This document shows, piece after piece, positions 44,297 to 53,734 of a DNA stretch of 64,000 nucleotides (its first letter is position 1; each line of letters starts with the position of its first letter). The notes under the pieces are model-generated. The model was not told the origin of the DNA and did no database searches. It worked only from the letters and a program-made list of their open reading frames with translations. The position numbers and the translations under genes are program-made. Origin of the DNA: Phenylobacterium sp. (GTDB lineage Bacteria; Pseudomonadota; Alphaproteobacteria; Caulobacterales; Caulobacteraceae); NCBI RefSeq assembly GCF_035276905.1, contig NZ_DATELG010000107.1:290-64289 (forward strand), in the 5' to 3' direction.

Positions 44297-44340
44297 AACG
44301 CGTTCCGCAAAAGTGGATCCGGTTTTGCGATCAGAACGCG
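44295..44340. repeat. 8-bp direct repeat AGAACGCG flanking a 30-bp palindromic segment (CGCAAAA-N10-TTTTGCG); first copy is part of 10-bp palindrome GAACGCGTTC
   Basis: Read directly between the convergent TetR and alpha/beta hydrolase genes. The hairpin could also act as a terminator. Confidence 0.5.
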
Positions 44341-44373
44341 CTCCAGCTCTTGGAACGGCCGGCCTGGGTCGCC

Positions 44374-45432
44374 CTAAAGGCCCGCCACGGCGGTGGCGAC
44401 GCTCTTGATCCTCCAGGTCTGCGAGAGCCGGGCGCCGAGCCAGTGGGCGAGCGCGGCGTTGACCTCGACCGGCTTCTCCTGCTGCACCCAGTGACCGGCC
44501 TCGACGACATGCTCCTCAAGATCGGGGCAGTATTCACGCATGGGGCGGGCTAGATCCGAGCTGATCGTCGCGCACGACATGTCGTAGACCGCATGGATAA
44601 AGCAGACCGGCATCTCAAGTCTTCCGCCCCTCACCGCGCGCCCGGCGTACTCTGCGTTCAGGTCCTGGTTATGGTAGTACTTGTTGGCGCCGGCAAAGCC
44701 GTGACGCTTGAAGTTGGAAACGAAAGCCCAATAGGCGGCCTCGTCGAGAACGGCCTCGTCGCGCTCGAAACCGCGGGTGGCGTCCAGCAGCGGCTGCCAG
44801 CCGGCGGGCGCCTTGATCAGTCCGGCGGGGGAGGCTGCGCCGAAGTGCGCCGCGTCCCCCCGGCGGAAGATGAGCCGGACGGAATGCTCGACGTCCGCAT
44901 CGAGGGCGGCGGTGACGGTCTCGTGGGCCTCCAGGTGATAGTTCCAATAGGCCCACTGCCCCTGCGGGAACCGGTCCTGCGGATAGATCTCGCGGTTCAC
45001 CAGCGGCACGACGCTGGCGAGCGTGAACCCGCCGGGGAGATAGGGAACGCACAGGTTCGCAACCGCGATGCAGGCTTCCGGGTGATGGCTCGCCAGGGCC
45101 CAGACCACGGCGGCGCCCACGTCGTGACCGACCCAGACCGCCTGATCGCGGCCAAGAGCCTTCAACAGCTCGAGCATGTCGCGGACGCACTCCTCCATGG
45201 AATAGTCCTCGAACCGGTCGTAGGCGCTCGACCGTCCGTAGCCACGCATGTCCGGCGCGATCACCCGGTAGCCGAGGGCGGCGAAGACAGGCAACTGATG
45301 GCGCCAGCTTATCGCCAGCTCCGGCCAGCCGTGCACGAAGATCAACGGCACCCCGTCGGCCGGACCGGCCTCGAGATAGGACGTCATGTGGCGCGCGGTG
45401 GCCACGACCCGCTCGGTGACCTGAAGCGTCAT
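44374..45432 (-). CDS. alpha/beta hydrolase (epoxide hydrolase/haloalkane-dehalogenase-like)
   Basis: 352 aa, with the HGWPE motif (LIFVHGWPELAISWRHQ), the nucleophile region WVGHDVGAAV, and a cap-domain insertion. Confidence 0.85.
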   Translation of the reverse strand: MTLQVTERVVATARHMTSYLEAGPADGVPLIFVHGWPELAISWRHQLPVFAALGYRVIAPDMRGYGRSSAYDRFEDYSMEECVRDMLELLKALGRDQAVWVGHDVGAAVVWALASHHPEACIAVANLCVPYLPGGFTLASVVPLVNREIYPQDRFPQGQWAYWNYHLEAHETVTAALDADVEHSVRLIFRRGDAAHFGAASPAGLIKAPAGWQPLLDATRGFERDEAVLDEAAYWAFVSNFKRHGFAGANKYYHNQDLNAEYAGRAVRGGRLEMPVCFIHAVYDMSCATISSDLARPMREYCPDLEEHVVEAGHWVQQEKPVEVNAALAHWLGARLSQTWRIKSVATAVAGL

Positions 45433-45609
45433 TCGACCTAATTTCCTTTAGAATTAACTCCTGTTTGTGGCAGACTCCCCGCCGGCCTGCAAGCCGGTCC
45501 AGCAGGGGCGCATGTATGCAGAGGCGATCGACGGCGGATCCACCTCTCCCGGCGCTTTGCATCGGCTCCGGCAATTGTGTCAGGATTTGCGCATTCGGAG
45601 TTAAACACC

Positions 45610-46779
45610 ATGCCCTCAGTCGTGATCGTCAGCGCCGCCCGGACGGCGATCGGCGCCGCCCGCAAGGGCTCTTTGGCCCGCACGCCCGCCGAACGCCTCG
45701 CGGCGACGGCCGTCAAGGCGGCGGTGGAGCGCTCCGGCTTCGCGCCGGAGGAGATCGATGACGTCGTACTGGCCGAGTCGCTCTACGGCGGCGGCGCCGT
45801 CGCCCGCCACGCCGCCGTAGAGCTCGGCATGACGCGGGCCGCCGGCATGGCGGTCAACCGGCACTGCGCCGGCAGCCTGAGCGCGATGGGCGTCGCGGCG
45901 GGATCCATCCTGGCGGGGATGGAGCGGGTGATGGTGACGGGCGGCGTCAACTCCAGCTCGCTCTCGCCCCAGATGATGCAGCCCGACCCTGCGACCGGCG
46001 AATTGCAGCGCTGGTGGCCGCCGACGCATCCGGATTCGCCGGAGGCGCCAAATCTGGACATGTCGATCACCGTCGGCTGGAACACGGCCAAGGAGCTCGG
46101 CCTGACGCGCGAGGAGCTCGACCGTTGGGCGTTGCGCTCGCACCAGCGCGCGGTGACCGCCATCGACGAGGGCCGTTTCATCGAGGAGATCGCCCCGATC
46201 ACCGTGCGCGACGCCGAGGGCGCCGAGTTCGAATTCAAGGTGGACGAGCATCCCCGCCGCGGGACCACGCTGGAGAAACTCGCCAGCCTCGCGGTCCTGC
46301 ACCCGGAGATCGAAGGCTTCTCCATTACCGCGGGCAACGCCAGCGGCGGCAACGACGCGGCCGCGGCGATGGTCGTCACCGAAGCGGACATCGCCAGGCG
46401 CCGCAACGCTCCGGTGCTCGCCAAGGTCCTGGGCTGGACCGCCATCGGCGCAGATCCGGCGAGAACAGGGCTCGCCGTCGCCCCGGTCGTGGAAAAGCTG
46501 CTCTCCCGGACGGGCCGGCGGATCGAGGAGGTGCGGCTCTGGGAGATCAACGAGGCGTTCGCCTCGGTCCCGCTCGGCGCCTGCCGGATCCTGGGATTGT
46601 CCGAGGACACGGTGAACATCTCCGGCAGCGGCTGCTCCCTCGGGCACCCGGTGGGCGCCAGCGGCGCCCGCATGCTGATCACCCTGGCGCACGACCTTCG
46701 CCGGCGCGGCGGCGGCCTAGGGGTCGCGGCGATGTGCGCCGGCGGCGGCCAGGCCGGCGCCGTCCTGATCGAGGTCTGA
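45610..46779 (+). CDS. thiolase (acetyl-CoA C-acyltransferase family)
   Basis: 389 aa from ATG 45610. Patterns: VIVSAARTAIGAARKGSLA, catalytic Cys region NRHCAGSLSA, and the C-terminal GCSLGHPVGASGARM and AMCAGGGQAGAVLIEV. Confidence 0.9.
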   Translation: MPSVVIVSAARTAIGAARKGSLARTPAERLAATAVKAAVERSGFAPEEIDDVVLAESLYGGGAVARHAAVELGMTRAAGMAVNRHCAGSLSAMGVAAGSILAGMERVMVTGGVNSSSLSPQMMQPDPATGELQRWWPPTHPDSPEAPNLDMSITVGWNTAKELGLTREELDRWALRSHQRAVTAIDEGRFIEEIAPITVRDAEGAEFEFKVDEHPRRGTTLEKLASLAVLHPEIEGFSITAGNASGGNDAAAAMVVTEADIARRRNAPVLAKVLGWTAIGADPARTGLAVAPVVEKLLSRTGRRIEEVRLWEINEAFASVPLGACRILGLSEDTVNISGSGCSLGHPVGASGARMLITLAHDLRRRGGGLGVAAMCAGGGQAGAVLIEV

Positions 46780-46952
46780 GCCGCATCCGGCGCCAGGCGA
46801 GCGCACGAGCGCTCGTCTGCACAATTCACGTTCATGATAACGGCGCGCCGCCTGCCTGCGACGACGAAGACTGCCGTATGGTCGGGCGGATTGTACTTCG
46901 CATGCGCCGCAGGCCTTCGCATTCCGGCGACGTCGATCCCAAGGAGCCGAGC

Positions 46953-47342
46953 GTGGCGCTCACACTCGAGGACCGTGTCCTGCTGCAGGACCTGATGGGC
47001 CGCTACTGCCTGATGGTGGACGCCGCCGATGAAGGCTGGGCCGACCTCTTCGTCGAGGACGGCGTTCTCGATGGGATCTATCCCGAGCCGCTGATCGGCC
47101 GCGAAGCCCTGCGCGTCGTGCCTCGGAACGCAAGAGAAGGGAGCGGCGGATTTTGGCGCCATCACCTGACCAGCGTCGCCATCGACGAAGCCGCCGGCGG
47201 CGCACGCCTTCGCGCCTACAACCTCGTCACGGACTGGCGTGACGGCGGCAAGCTGGTGATGAACGCGCGCTACAACGTTGAGGCGGTCCGGACCCCTGAA
47301 GGCTGGCGGCTCAAACGGGTCTACGCCGCGTTGGACCGATAG
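46953..47342 (+). CDS. NTF2/SnoaL-like fold protein
   Basis: About 129 aa. The GTG start at 46953 is preceded by AAGGAG at a 6-nt spacing. Pattern: LEDRVLLQDLMGRYCLMVDAADEGWADLFVEDGVLD...RTPEGWRLKR. Upstream in-frame ATGs at 46878 and 46902 are alternatives. Confidence 0.65.
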   Translation: MALTLEDRVLLQDLMGRYCLMVDAADEGWADLFVEDGVLDGIYPEPLIGREALRVVPRNAREGSGGFWRHHLTSVAIDEAAGGARLRAYNLVTDWRDGGKLVMNARYNVEAVRTPEGWRLKRVYAALDR

Positions 47343-47395
47343 AACGCGGCAATTCGCGTTCAAATCCACAGCGTCCACGAAGCGAGGGATATTCA
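47342..47395. promoter_or_regulatory. inverted repeat GAACGCG-N6-CGCGTTC (47342-47361) overlapping TTCAAATC (47359-47366), plus GATATTCA (47388-47395)
   Basis: Read directly in the 58-bp gap upstream of the SDR gene. It contains both halves of the 13-mer box, separated by 21 nt. Confidence 0.4.
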
Positions 47396-47400
47396 GGTCG

Positions 47401-48189
47401 ATGAAGCGATACGAAGGCAAGGTCGCCGTCGTCACGGCCTCGGCCGCCGGGATCGGCCGCGCCATAGTCGAGCGGCTCGTCGCGGAAGGGGCGCACGTCC
47501 TGGCGACCAGCCGCAACGGCGCGGACGAACTGGCCGCGAAGCTGGGCGAGCGCTGCGTTTCGATGAGGGTCGACATCGGCCAGGAAGACCAGATCATCGC
47601 GATGGTCGAGGCCGCCAAGGCGCGGTTCGGCCGGATCGACGTCGCGTTCAACGTCGCCAATGGCGCGCGCCTGGGCACGATCCTCGGCAGCTCGGCTGCG
47701 GAGTGGCGGGTCGCCTTCGACGTCTCGGTGATCGGCACCTTCAACTGCGTGCGCCACGAAGCCCGGCAGATGATCGAGGCGGGGATTCGCGGGGCGATCG
47801 TCAATGTCGCCTCGCTGAACGCCGATGTGCCCGCCCGCGGCCTGAGCTCATACTCGGCGGCCAAGGCCGCGATCGTCATGCTCGGCAAGGCCTGCAGCAT
47901 CGAGTTCGCCCAGTATGGCGTGCGGGTGAACACCCTGTCTCCCGGGCTGACCGGCACGGCCGTCAACAAGGACATCCCGGAGGCGATGCTCGCCGCCTTT
48001 ATGGAACGGATCCCGGTCGGGCGCATGGCGAGCCCCGAGGAGCAGGCCGAAGCCGCCTTGTTCCTGGGCAGCGAACAGGCCTCCTACATCTGCGGCGAGA
48101 ACCTCGTCGTCGACGGCGGCTGGGCCAACAGCGGCTATCCCGACACCCGTCTATGGTTCGGCGGGCTGCTCGACGACAAGCTCGGCTAG
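47401..48189 (+). CDS. short-chain dehydrogenase/reductase (SDR)
   Basis: 262 aa from ATG 47401, with VAVVTASAAGIGRA and YSAAKAA (YxxxK). Confidence 0.85.
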   Translation: MKRYEGKVAVVTASAAGIGRAIVERLVAEGAHVLATSRNGADELAAKLGERCVSMRVDIGQEDQIIAMVEAAKARFGRIDVAFNVANGARLGTILGSSAAEWRVAFDVSVIGTFNCVRHEARQMIEAGIRGAIVNVASLNADVPARGLSSYSAAKAAIVMLGKACSIEFAQYGVRVNTLSPGLTGTAVNKDIPEAMLAAFMERIPVGRMASPEEQAEAALFLGSEQASYICGENLVVDGGWANSGYPDTRLWFGGLLDDKLG

Positions 48190-48358
48190 GCGACGCCGCC
48201 GGAAACACGGTTGTGATGTCTGCACTGCGCGTCGGGCCGCGGCATTGACGCTCGAGACCCGCCGGCTAGGGTCGCTTCCAGGCGGCCAGAGCGCCGCGGT
48301 CCAGGGGCGATCCGTCGAGGAGCCGCGACCCTCTCCGACCGAACTCACGGAGTGCCGA

Positions 48359-49591
48359 ATGACCAAGGTAATGAAGGGGGTGCGGATCCTCGAGGTGGCG
48401 CAGTTCACCTTCGTGCCTGCGGCCGGGGCGGTGCTCGCCGACTGGGGCGCGGACGTCATCAAGATCGAGCATCCGGTGCGCGGCGACACCCAGCGGGGCT
48501 TCGTGCAGTTCGGCGGCGGTCAGACCTACAATCCCAATCGCCACACCCTCATCGAGCATCCGAACCGCGGCAAGCGCAGCGTCGGCCTGGACCTGTCCAA
48601 GCCGCAGGGTCAGGAGCTTCTCTACGACATCGCCCGCACCGCCGACGTCTTCCTGACCAATTACCTCCCGGCGGCGCGGCAGAAGCACAGGTTCGACGTG
48701 GAGCACATCCGCGCCGTCAATCCGAACATCATCTATGCGCGCGGCAGCGCCTGGGGCGACAAGGGTCCCGAGCGCGAGGCCGGCGGCTTCGACAGCACGG
48801 CCTTCTGGGCGCGGTCCGGCATCGGCCTGGCGCTCTCTCCCTCGACCTTGGATGCGCCGCTCTCCCAGGCGATCCCGGCGTTTGGCGACAGCATCGGCGG
48901 GATGACCATCGCCGGCGGGATCTCGGCGGCTCTGTTCCACCGCAACAACACCGGCGAGGCGGTCGAGCTTGACGTCTCCCTCCTCTCGACCGGCTGGTGG
49001 GCGGCAGGGGCCGCGATCACCCAGGCGATGGAGTCCGGCCAGGCCGTGCGCCCCGGAGCGCCGCGCATCGGAGGGATGCCGAACAATCCCTTCCTTGGCA
49101 GCTATATGACCGAGGACGGCGGGGTGATCATGCTGTGCACGCTCACCCCCGGGCCCTACATCCGCGACGTCTTCGAGCACCTCGGGATTCCGGAGGCGGC
49201 GGAGGATCCGCGGTTCGCGAACGCCGAAGCGCTGATGAAGAACTGGGCTGACGCCAGCGGCGCGATCACGGCGGCGTTCCTCAAGAAGCCCTTCGCCTAC
49301 TGGCTCGAGCGCTTGAAGACGATGAAAGGCCAGTGGGCGCCCTACCAGTCGATGCTGGACTTGGCCAACGACCAGCAGGCGCTGGCCAACGACATGGTCG
49401 TCGAGGTCGAGGCGGTGGACGGCGGACGGCCGCTGAAGCTGGTCCGCTCGCCGGTGCAGTTCGACCACGCGCCGATCGAGACCACCCGCGCGCCGCAAGC
49501 TTCCGAGCACACAGAGCTCTTCCTGCTCGAAGATCTCGGCGTCGAGTGGGATCGCATCGAAGCCCTCAAGAGCGCCGGCGTCATCGCCTGA
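48359..49591 (+). CDS. family III CoA-transferase (CaiB/BaiF family)
   Basis: 410 aa from ATG 48359, with pattern MKGVRILEVAQFTFVPAAGAVLADWGADVIKIEHPVRGD. Confidence 0.9.
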   Translation: MTKVMKGVRILEVAQFTFVPAAGAVLADWGADVIKIEHPVRGDTQRGFVQFGGGQTYNPNRHTLIEHPNRGKRSVGLDLSKPQGQELLYDIARTADVFLTNYLPAARQKHRFDVEHIRAVNPNIIYARGSAWGDKGPEREAGGFDSTAFWARSGIGLALSPSTLDAPLSQAIPAFGDSIGGMTIAGGISAALFHRNNTGEAVELDVSLLSTGWWAAGAAITQAMESGQAVRPGAPRIGGMPNNPFLGSYMTEDGGVIMLCTLTPGPYIRDVFEHLGIPEAAEDPRFANAEALMKNWADASGAITAAFLKKPFAYWLERLKTMKGQWAPYQSMLDLANDQQALANDMVVEVEAVDGGRPLKLVRSPVQFDHAPIETTRAPQASEHTELFLLEDLGVEWDRIEALKSAGVIA

Positions 49592-49623
49592 CCGCCGGCG
49601 CCTCAGTCCCGCACCCTTCGGGC

Positions 49624-50028
49624 CTAGCCTGCCTGGATCACTTCGAGGAGATGGCCCTCCGGATCGGCGTAGAACGCCAGGCGCGCGGTCATGCCGGGCA
49701 TGTCCATAGGGCCGATCGGCTGGAACACGCTTCCCCCCGCGGCCAGCACACGCGCCTCGAACGCCTCGAGATCGTCGGTGAACATGCCGCAGATCATGGC
49801 TCCGGGCGCAGGCGCGGGGCCCCCATCGACATAGGCCATCACCAGCATCTCGACCTTGCCGTCGGGCGCGCTGAAGATGAATTCCTCTACCGCGCGGCCG
49901 TTGATCTTCCCGGTCAGGAACTGGCCTTCGCCATAGCCGACGACGGCGCGGTAGAAAGCCGCCTGTTTGTGCAGGTCTCGAACGACCAGCTTCGGGAAGC
50001 CGAAGCGTGCAGGGAGTTTGTCAGCCAA
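49624..50028 (-). CDS. VOC-family (glyoxalase/bleomycin-resistance/dioxygenase fold) protein
   Basis: 134 aa with a TTG start. It is a single VOC module (FPKLVVRDLHKQAAFYRAVVGY...ADPEGHLLEVIQ). Confidence 0.75.
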   Translation of the reverse strand: MADKLPARFGFPKLVVRDLHKQAAFYRAVVGYGEGQFLTGKINGRAVEEFIFSAPDGKVEMLVMAYVDGGPAPAPGAMICGMFTDDLEAFEARVLAAGGSVFQPIGPMDMPGMTARLAFYADPEGHLLEVIQAG

Positions 50029-50327
50029 GGTCTTCGCTCCAGTGATGAATGATGGCTTGCCCGAGCCACGCGGCTCACTTCAGCGCGTCTCCACGCTCGG
50101 CGCACCCGTCGGTATGGTTGTGGGCCCCGCTGTGCGGAGGTTTCCACGTATGTGAAATAGTTGCTGCGTGAATCAGAGACCGCGCCGCCGCCCTTCGCTA
50201 GCTATAATTGAAATTAGTATATGATTGACGGCGCGGTCGCGACGCGCGTGAATGGCAGGCCCCGCGCAAGGCTGCGGTCGCGGGGCGTGGGCGGCGTGCG
50301 CCGCGGCTGCTGAGCGAGGAATTTAGC

Positions 50328-51167
50328 GTGTCGATACTGCTGGTCGAGCGGAAGGGCCCCGTTACGGTGCTGACCCTGAACCGCCGGGAGCGCCACAACG
50401 CCCTGTCGCCGGCGCTGGGCCTCGAGCTGAAGGCGGCGGTCGCCGCGTTCCGGGATGATCCCGACCAGCTGGTGCTGATTATCACGGGCGCCGGTGATCA
50501 GGCCTTCTGCTCGGGCGCCGACCTGAAGGAGATGCGCGAAGGCCAGGCGGACCCGGCGGCGCGGCCGTCCGGCAAGCGCCCGCTGCCGATGGCTCCGGAG
50601 CCGGACATGGCGGGCCTGCTGACCTGCCACAAGCCGGTGATCGCGGCGATCAACGGCCTGGCCGTCGGCGGGGGCCTGGAGATCACGCTATGCTGCGACA
50701 TCCGGCTGGCGGCCGAGGGGGCCTGGTTCGGCCTTCCCGAACCGGGTCACGGCTTCATCGCCGGCGTCGCAGCGGTCGCGCTGCCGCGGCTGATGCCGAT
50801 GGGCGCGGTGATGGACATGATGCTCGCCGGCGAGCGGCTGCCTGCGGCGGACGCCTATCGCCTGGGCCTGGTGCAGTGCCTCGTCCCGCGCGAGCGCTTG
50901 ATGGACGAGGCGATGCGCCGCGCCGAGGCGATGGCCAAGAGCTCGCCTTCGGCGCTCTGGGGCACCAAGCAGGTGCTGCGCTACTGGCGCGACCTGATGC
51001 TGCAGGAGCATCACCGCTACTACGACGCCGTGGTCCACCGCGTGCTGCTGTCGGGCGACATGATCGAAGGCATCCGCGCCTTCGCCGAGAAGCGCGAACG
51101 GCGCTACCGCACGGACTGGCCGGACCCGTTCGAGCGGGCCGAGTCGCTAGGAGGCTCCGCCGACTGA
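50328..51167 (+). CDS. enoyl-CoA hydratase/isomerase (crotonase) family protein
   Basis: 279 aa with a GTG start after GAGCGAGGA. Pattern: VTVLTLNRRERHNAL...ITGAGDQAFCSGADLKEM. Confidence 0.85.
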   Translation: MSILLVERKGPVTVLTLNRRERHNALSPALGLELKAAVAAFRDDPDQLVLIITGAGDQAFCSGADLKEMREGQADPAARPSGKRPLPMAPEPDMAGLLTCHKPVIAAINGLAVGGGLEITLCCDIRLAAEGAWFGLPEPGHGFIAGVAAVALPRLMPMGAVMDMMLAGERLPAADAYRLGLVQCLVPRERLMDEAMRRAEAMAKSSPSALWGTKQVLRYWRDLMLQEHHRYYDAVVHRVLLSGDMIEGIRAFAEKRERRYRTDWPDPFERAESLGGSAD

Positions 51168-51902
51168 GCGGCAGTGGACGTCGATCTCCTCGCGCATGAC
51201 GGCCACGAGCTCGGCTTCGCGGGCGCTCAGCTCGCTGGGGCGGGCATGGACGCTGAGCGCGAGCGCCTTGCCGAAGCTGTCGCGGAACGGCAGCTTCACG
51301 GCGGTCGCCCCGGCCTCGGCGACCAGCCGGCCGAGCACCGTGGCATAGCCGCGCTCGCGCGCCGCCCGCACGGTCTGCAGCACCGCCTCCGGCTGCTCGC
51401 GTTCGCCGATGTCCGGCAGGGTGTTCAGCCGCCGCACGATCCGGCCGATCTCCTCGTCGGCGACCTCGGTCAGCAGCATGACGCCGCCGGCCGCGCGGGT
51501 CAGCGGCCGCAGGCTGCCGGCGCGCAGCGCCAGCATGCGCCGGCCGGGCGCGGCCAGGGTGTAGACGTACTGCACGTGCACGCCCTGGCGCGAGGACAGG
51601 ATCACCGTCGCCCCGGTCCGCTCGCGCACCGCCGACAGCAGGTCCAGCACCTGGAAGGCGTGCAGCCCGTCGAAGCGGAGGTAGCCGCCGACCAGGGCGA
51701 CCCGGATCGAGGGCGCAAATTCGTGCGTGGTCGGATTGAAGTTCAGGTAGCCGAGCTGAAGGAGGCTGTTGATCAGAACCGAGGTGCTGGACTGCGGATA
51801 GCCGAGCAGCTTGGCGATCTCCGACACCCGCGCCGGCCGCTTCAGCTTCTCCATCAACTCCAGGATCGCCAGCGCCCGCTGAGCGGACTTCACCGTGCTC
51901 AT
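51147..51902 (-). CDS. IclR-family transcriptional regulator
   Basis: 251 aa, with pattern SAQRALAILELMEKLKRPARVSEIAKLLGYPQSSTSVLINSLLQLGYL. Its 3' end overlaps the convergent crotonase gene by 21 nt. Confidence 0.85.
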   Translation of the reverse strand: MSTVKSAQRALAILELMEKLKRPARVSEIAKLLGYPQSSTSVLINSLLQLGYLNFNPTTHEFAPSIRVALVGGYLRFDGLHAFQVLDLLSAVRERTGATVILSSRQGVHVQYVYTLAAPGRRMLALRAGSLRPLTRAAGGVMLLTEVADEEIGRIVRRLNTLPDIGEREQPEAVLQTVRAARERGYATVLGRLVAEAGATAVKLPFRDSFGKALALSVHARPSELSAREAELVAVMREEIDVHCRSVGGAS

Positions 51903-52120
51903 CTACGCATCCCAGCCCCGCCGCCCGGCCGCCTCCCGTAAGCTTTCGTAGCCGAGGCCCCCCGGCCGCTCAAGCTCCACGACCCCGCTCGCTCCAAAGC
52001 CGCTTCCATCAGCAGGCTGATATCGACCCGCCGATGTTGCCCCCAGACTCCGCCGCCGGCATCCTTTCGCCGGCGCGCTTGGCGCCCCGCCGGCGTCGGT
52101 CCGGAAGGAGGGATGAGCCC

Positions 52121-53605
52121 ATGGACGACGCCACGCACGAGTCTCCCTGGCGGGGCGAGCTTGCGCCCGACCGGAAATACGGCCTGCTGATCGACGGCGA
52201 GTTCGTCGCGGGCGAAGGCGGACAGACCTTCCAGTGCGAGTACCCGTTCACCGGCGAGAAATGGGGCGCAGCGCCGCTTGCGACCAAGGCCGACGTCGAT
52301 CGCGCGGTGCAGGCCGCCCGTCGGGCCTTCGACGGCTGGGGCCGCACGCGCCCGATGGAGCGCGCCGCGGCGCTGAGGCGCCTGGCCGACCTCATCCTTG
52401 CGGACGCCGACGCCCTGGGCCGCCTCCAGGTGCACGAGAACGGCAAGCTGCTGAGCGAGATGCGCACCAGCGCTCCTGCGCTGACGGCGCTCGCCCACTT
52501 CATGGCCGGGCTGGCTGAAAGCGACAGCGGCTACACTTCCCAGTCCAATCTGCCGGACATGACGAGCTATGTCGTGCGGGAGCCGATCGGCGTGGTCGCC
52601 GCCATCACGCCCTGGAACAGCCCGCTGGGGCTGCTTGGCTGGAAGCTGTTCCCGGCGCTCGCCGCCGGCAACACGATCGTGATCAAACCCTCGGAAGTGA
52701 CGCCGTTCTCGACCCTGCGGCTTGGCGAGCTGTGCATGAAGGCGGGCATTCCGCCAGGGGTGGTCAACGTCGTCACGGGATTCGGCGACGTCGGTGCAGC
52801 CCTGGTCGAGCATCCGCTGGTGGACAAGATCGCCTTCACCGGCGCGACCACGACCGGCCAGGCCATCGCCCGCGTCGCGGCGGGCCGGAATGCGCGGGTG
52901 TCGCTCGAGCTCGGGGGAAAGTCGCCGAACATCATCTTCGACGACGCCGATCTCGACCGGGCGATCGACGGCGTCATCACCGGAATCTTCAGCGCCTCCG
53001 GCCAGTCCTGCATCGCCGGCTCGCGGATCCTGGTGCAGGAGACGATCGGCCAGGACTTTTTCGACGAACTGGCGCGCCGGGTGAACGCTCTGAGGCTTGG
53101 CGACCCGCTGGACAGCGCCTCCGAAATCTCGCCGCTCGCATCGCGCGCGCACATGCAGAAGGTGCTGAGCTACATCGACATCGCCCGGTCCGAGGGCGCG
53201 AGCGCGCTCACCGGCGGCGGGCGTCCGACCGAGGCGGCCCTCGCCGAGGGCTTCTTCGTCAAGCCGACGCTCTTCACCGGGGTGCGCAACGACTTCCGCA
53301 TCGCCCGCGAGGAGGTCTTCGGCCCCGTCGGCGTGATCGTCCGTTTCAAGGACGAGGACGACGCCGCGCGGATCGCCAACGATACGCCGTTCGGTCTGGG
53401 CGCGGCGATCTGGACGGAGAACGTGCGGCGCGGTCACCGCATGATCCCGCGCCTGCGCGCCGGCACGGTCTGGCTGAACAGCTACCGGGCCGGCGAGTAC
53501 ACGCGTCCGTTCGGCGGCTTCAAGCAGAGCGGGCTCGGCCGCGAGGTCGGGATCAATGCGCTCGACGCCTACACGGAGCTGAAGTCCGTCTTCATTTCCC
53601 ACTAG
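52121..53605 (+). CDS. NAD(P)-dependent aldehyde dehydrogenase
   Basis: 494 aa from ATG 52121, preceded by GGAAGGAGGG. Patterns: AITPWNSPL, FTGATTTGQAI, ELGGKSPNIIFDDAD, SGQSCIAGSRILV and EVFGPV. Confidence 0.9.
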   Translation: MDDATHESPWRGELAPDRKYGLLIDGEFVAGEGGQTFQCEYPFTGEKWGAAPLATKADVDRAVQAARRAFDGWGRTRPMERAAALRRLADLILADADALGRLQVHENGKLLSEMRTSAPALTALAHFMAGLAESDSGYTSQSNLPDMTSYVVREPIGVVAAITPWNSPLGLLGWKLFPALAAGNTIVIKPSEVTPFSTLRLGELCMKAGIPPGVVNVVTGFGDVGAALVEHPLVDKIAFTGATTTGQAIARVAAGRNARVSLELGGKSPNIIFDDADLDRAIDGVITGIFSASGQSCIAGSRILVQETIGQDFFDELARRVNALRLGDPLDSASEISPLASRAHMQKVLSYIDIARSEGASALTGGGRPTEAALAEGFFVKPTLFTGVRNDFRIAREEVFGPVGVIVRFKDEDDAARIANDTPFGLGAAIWTENVRRGHRMIPRLRAGTVWLNSYRAGEYTRPFGGFKQSGLGREVGINALDAYTELKSVFISH

Positions 53606-53618
53606 ATCCCCCGCTCTT

Positions 53619-53635
53619 CCCCGCGGAACGCGGGG
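53619..53635. terminator. candidate terminator hairpin CCCCGCG-gaa-CGCGGGG
   Basis: A 7-bp GC stem 14 nt after the aldehyde dehydrogenase stop, between convergent genes. There is no U-tract. Confidence 0.35.
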
Positions 53636-53734
53636 TGACCGGAGCGGGAGGGTCAACCTGTGGGATCATGCTATAGGCGCGGCTTCGCAGCACGCGCCGG
53701 ACATTCCCGCCGCGCCCGCGCCATTCGCCGCCGG

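Noticed and set aside
46014-46952. Upstream 313 codons of ORF 46014-47342, overlapping the thiolase gene in another frame
   Set aside because: Only the last 129 codons look like an NTF2/SnoaL protein, and they are preceded by AAGGAG. The rest is an R/G/P-rich overlap with the thiolase.
45783-48026. 747-aa minus-strand ORF antisense to the thiolase, SnoaL and SDR genes
   Set aside because: It is a shadow ORF with a low-complexity S/A/R/P-rich translation. The opposite strand carries three motif-bearing genes with good RBSs.
51899-53656. 585-aa minus-strand ORF antisense to the aldehyde dehydrogenase 52121-53605
   Set aside because: It is a shadow ORF. The plus-strand frame has all the ALDH signature motifs.
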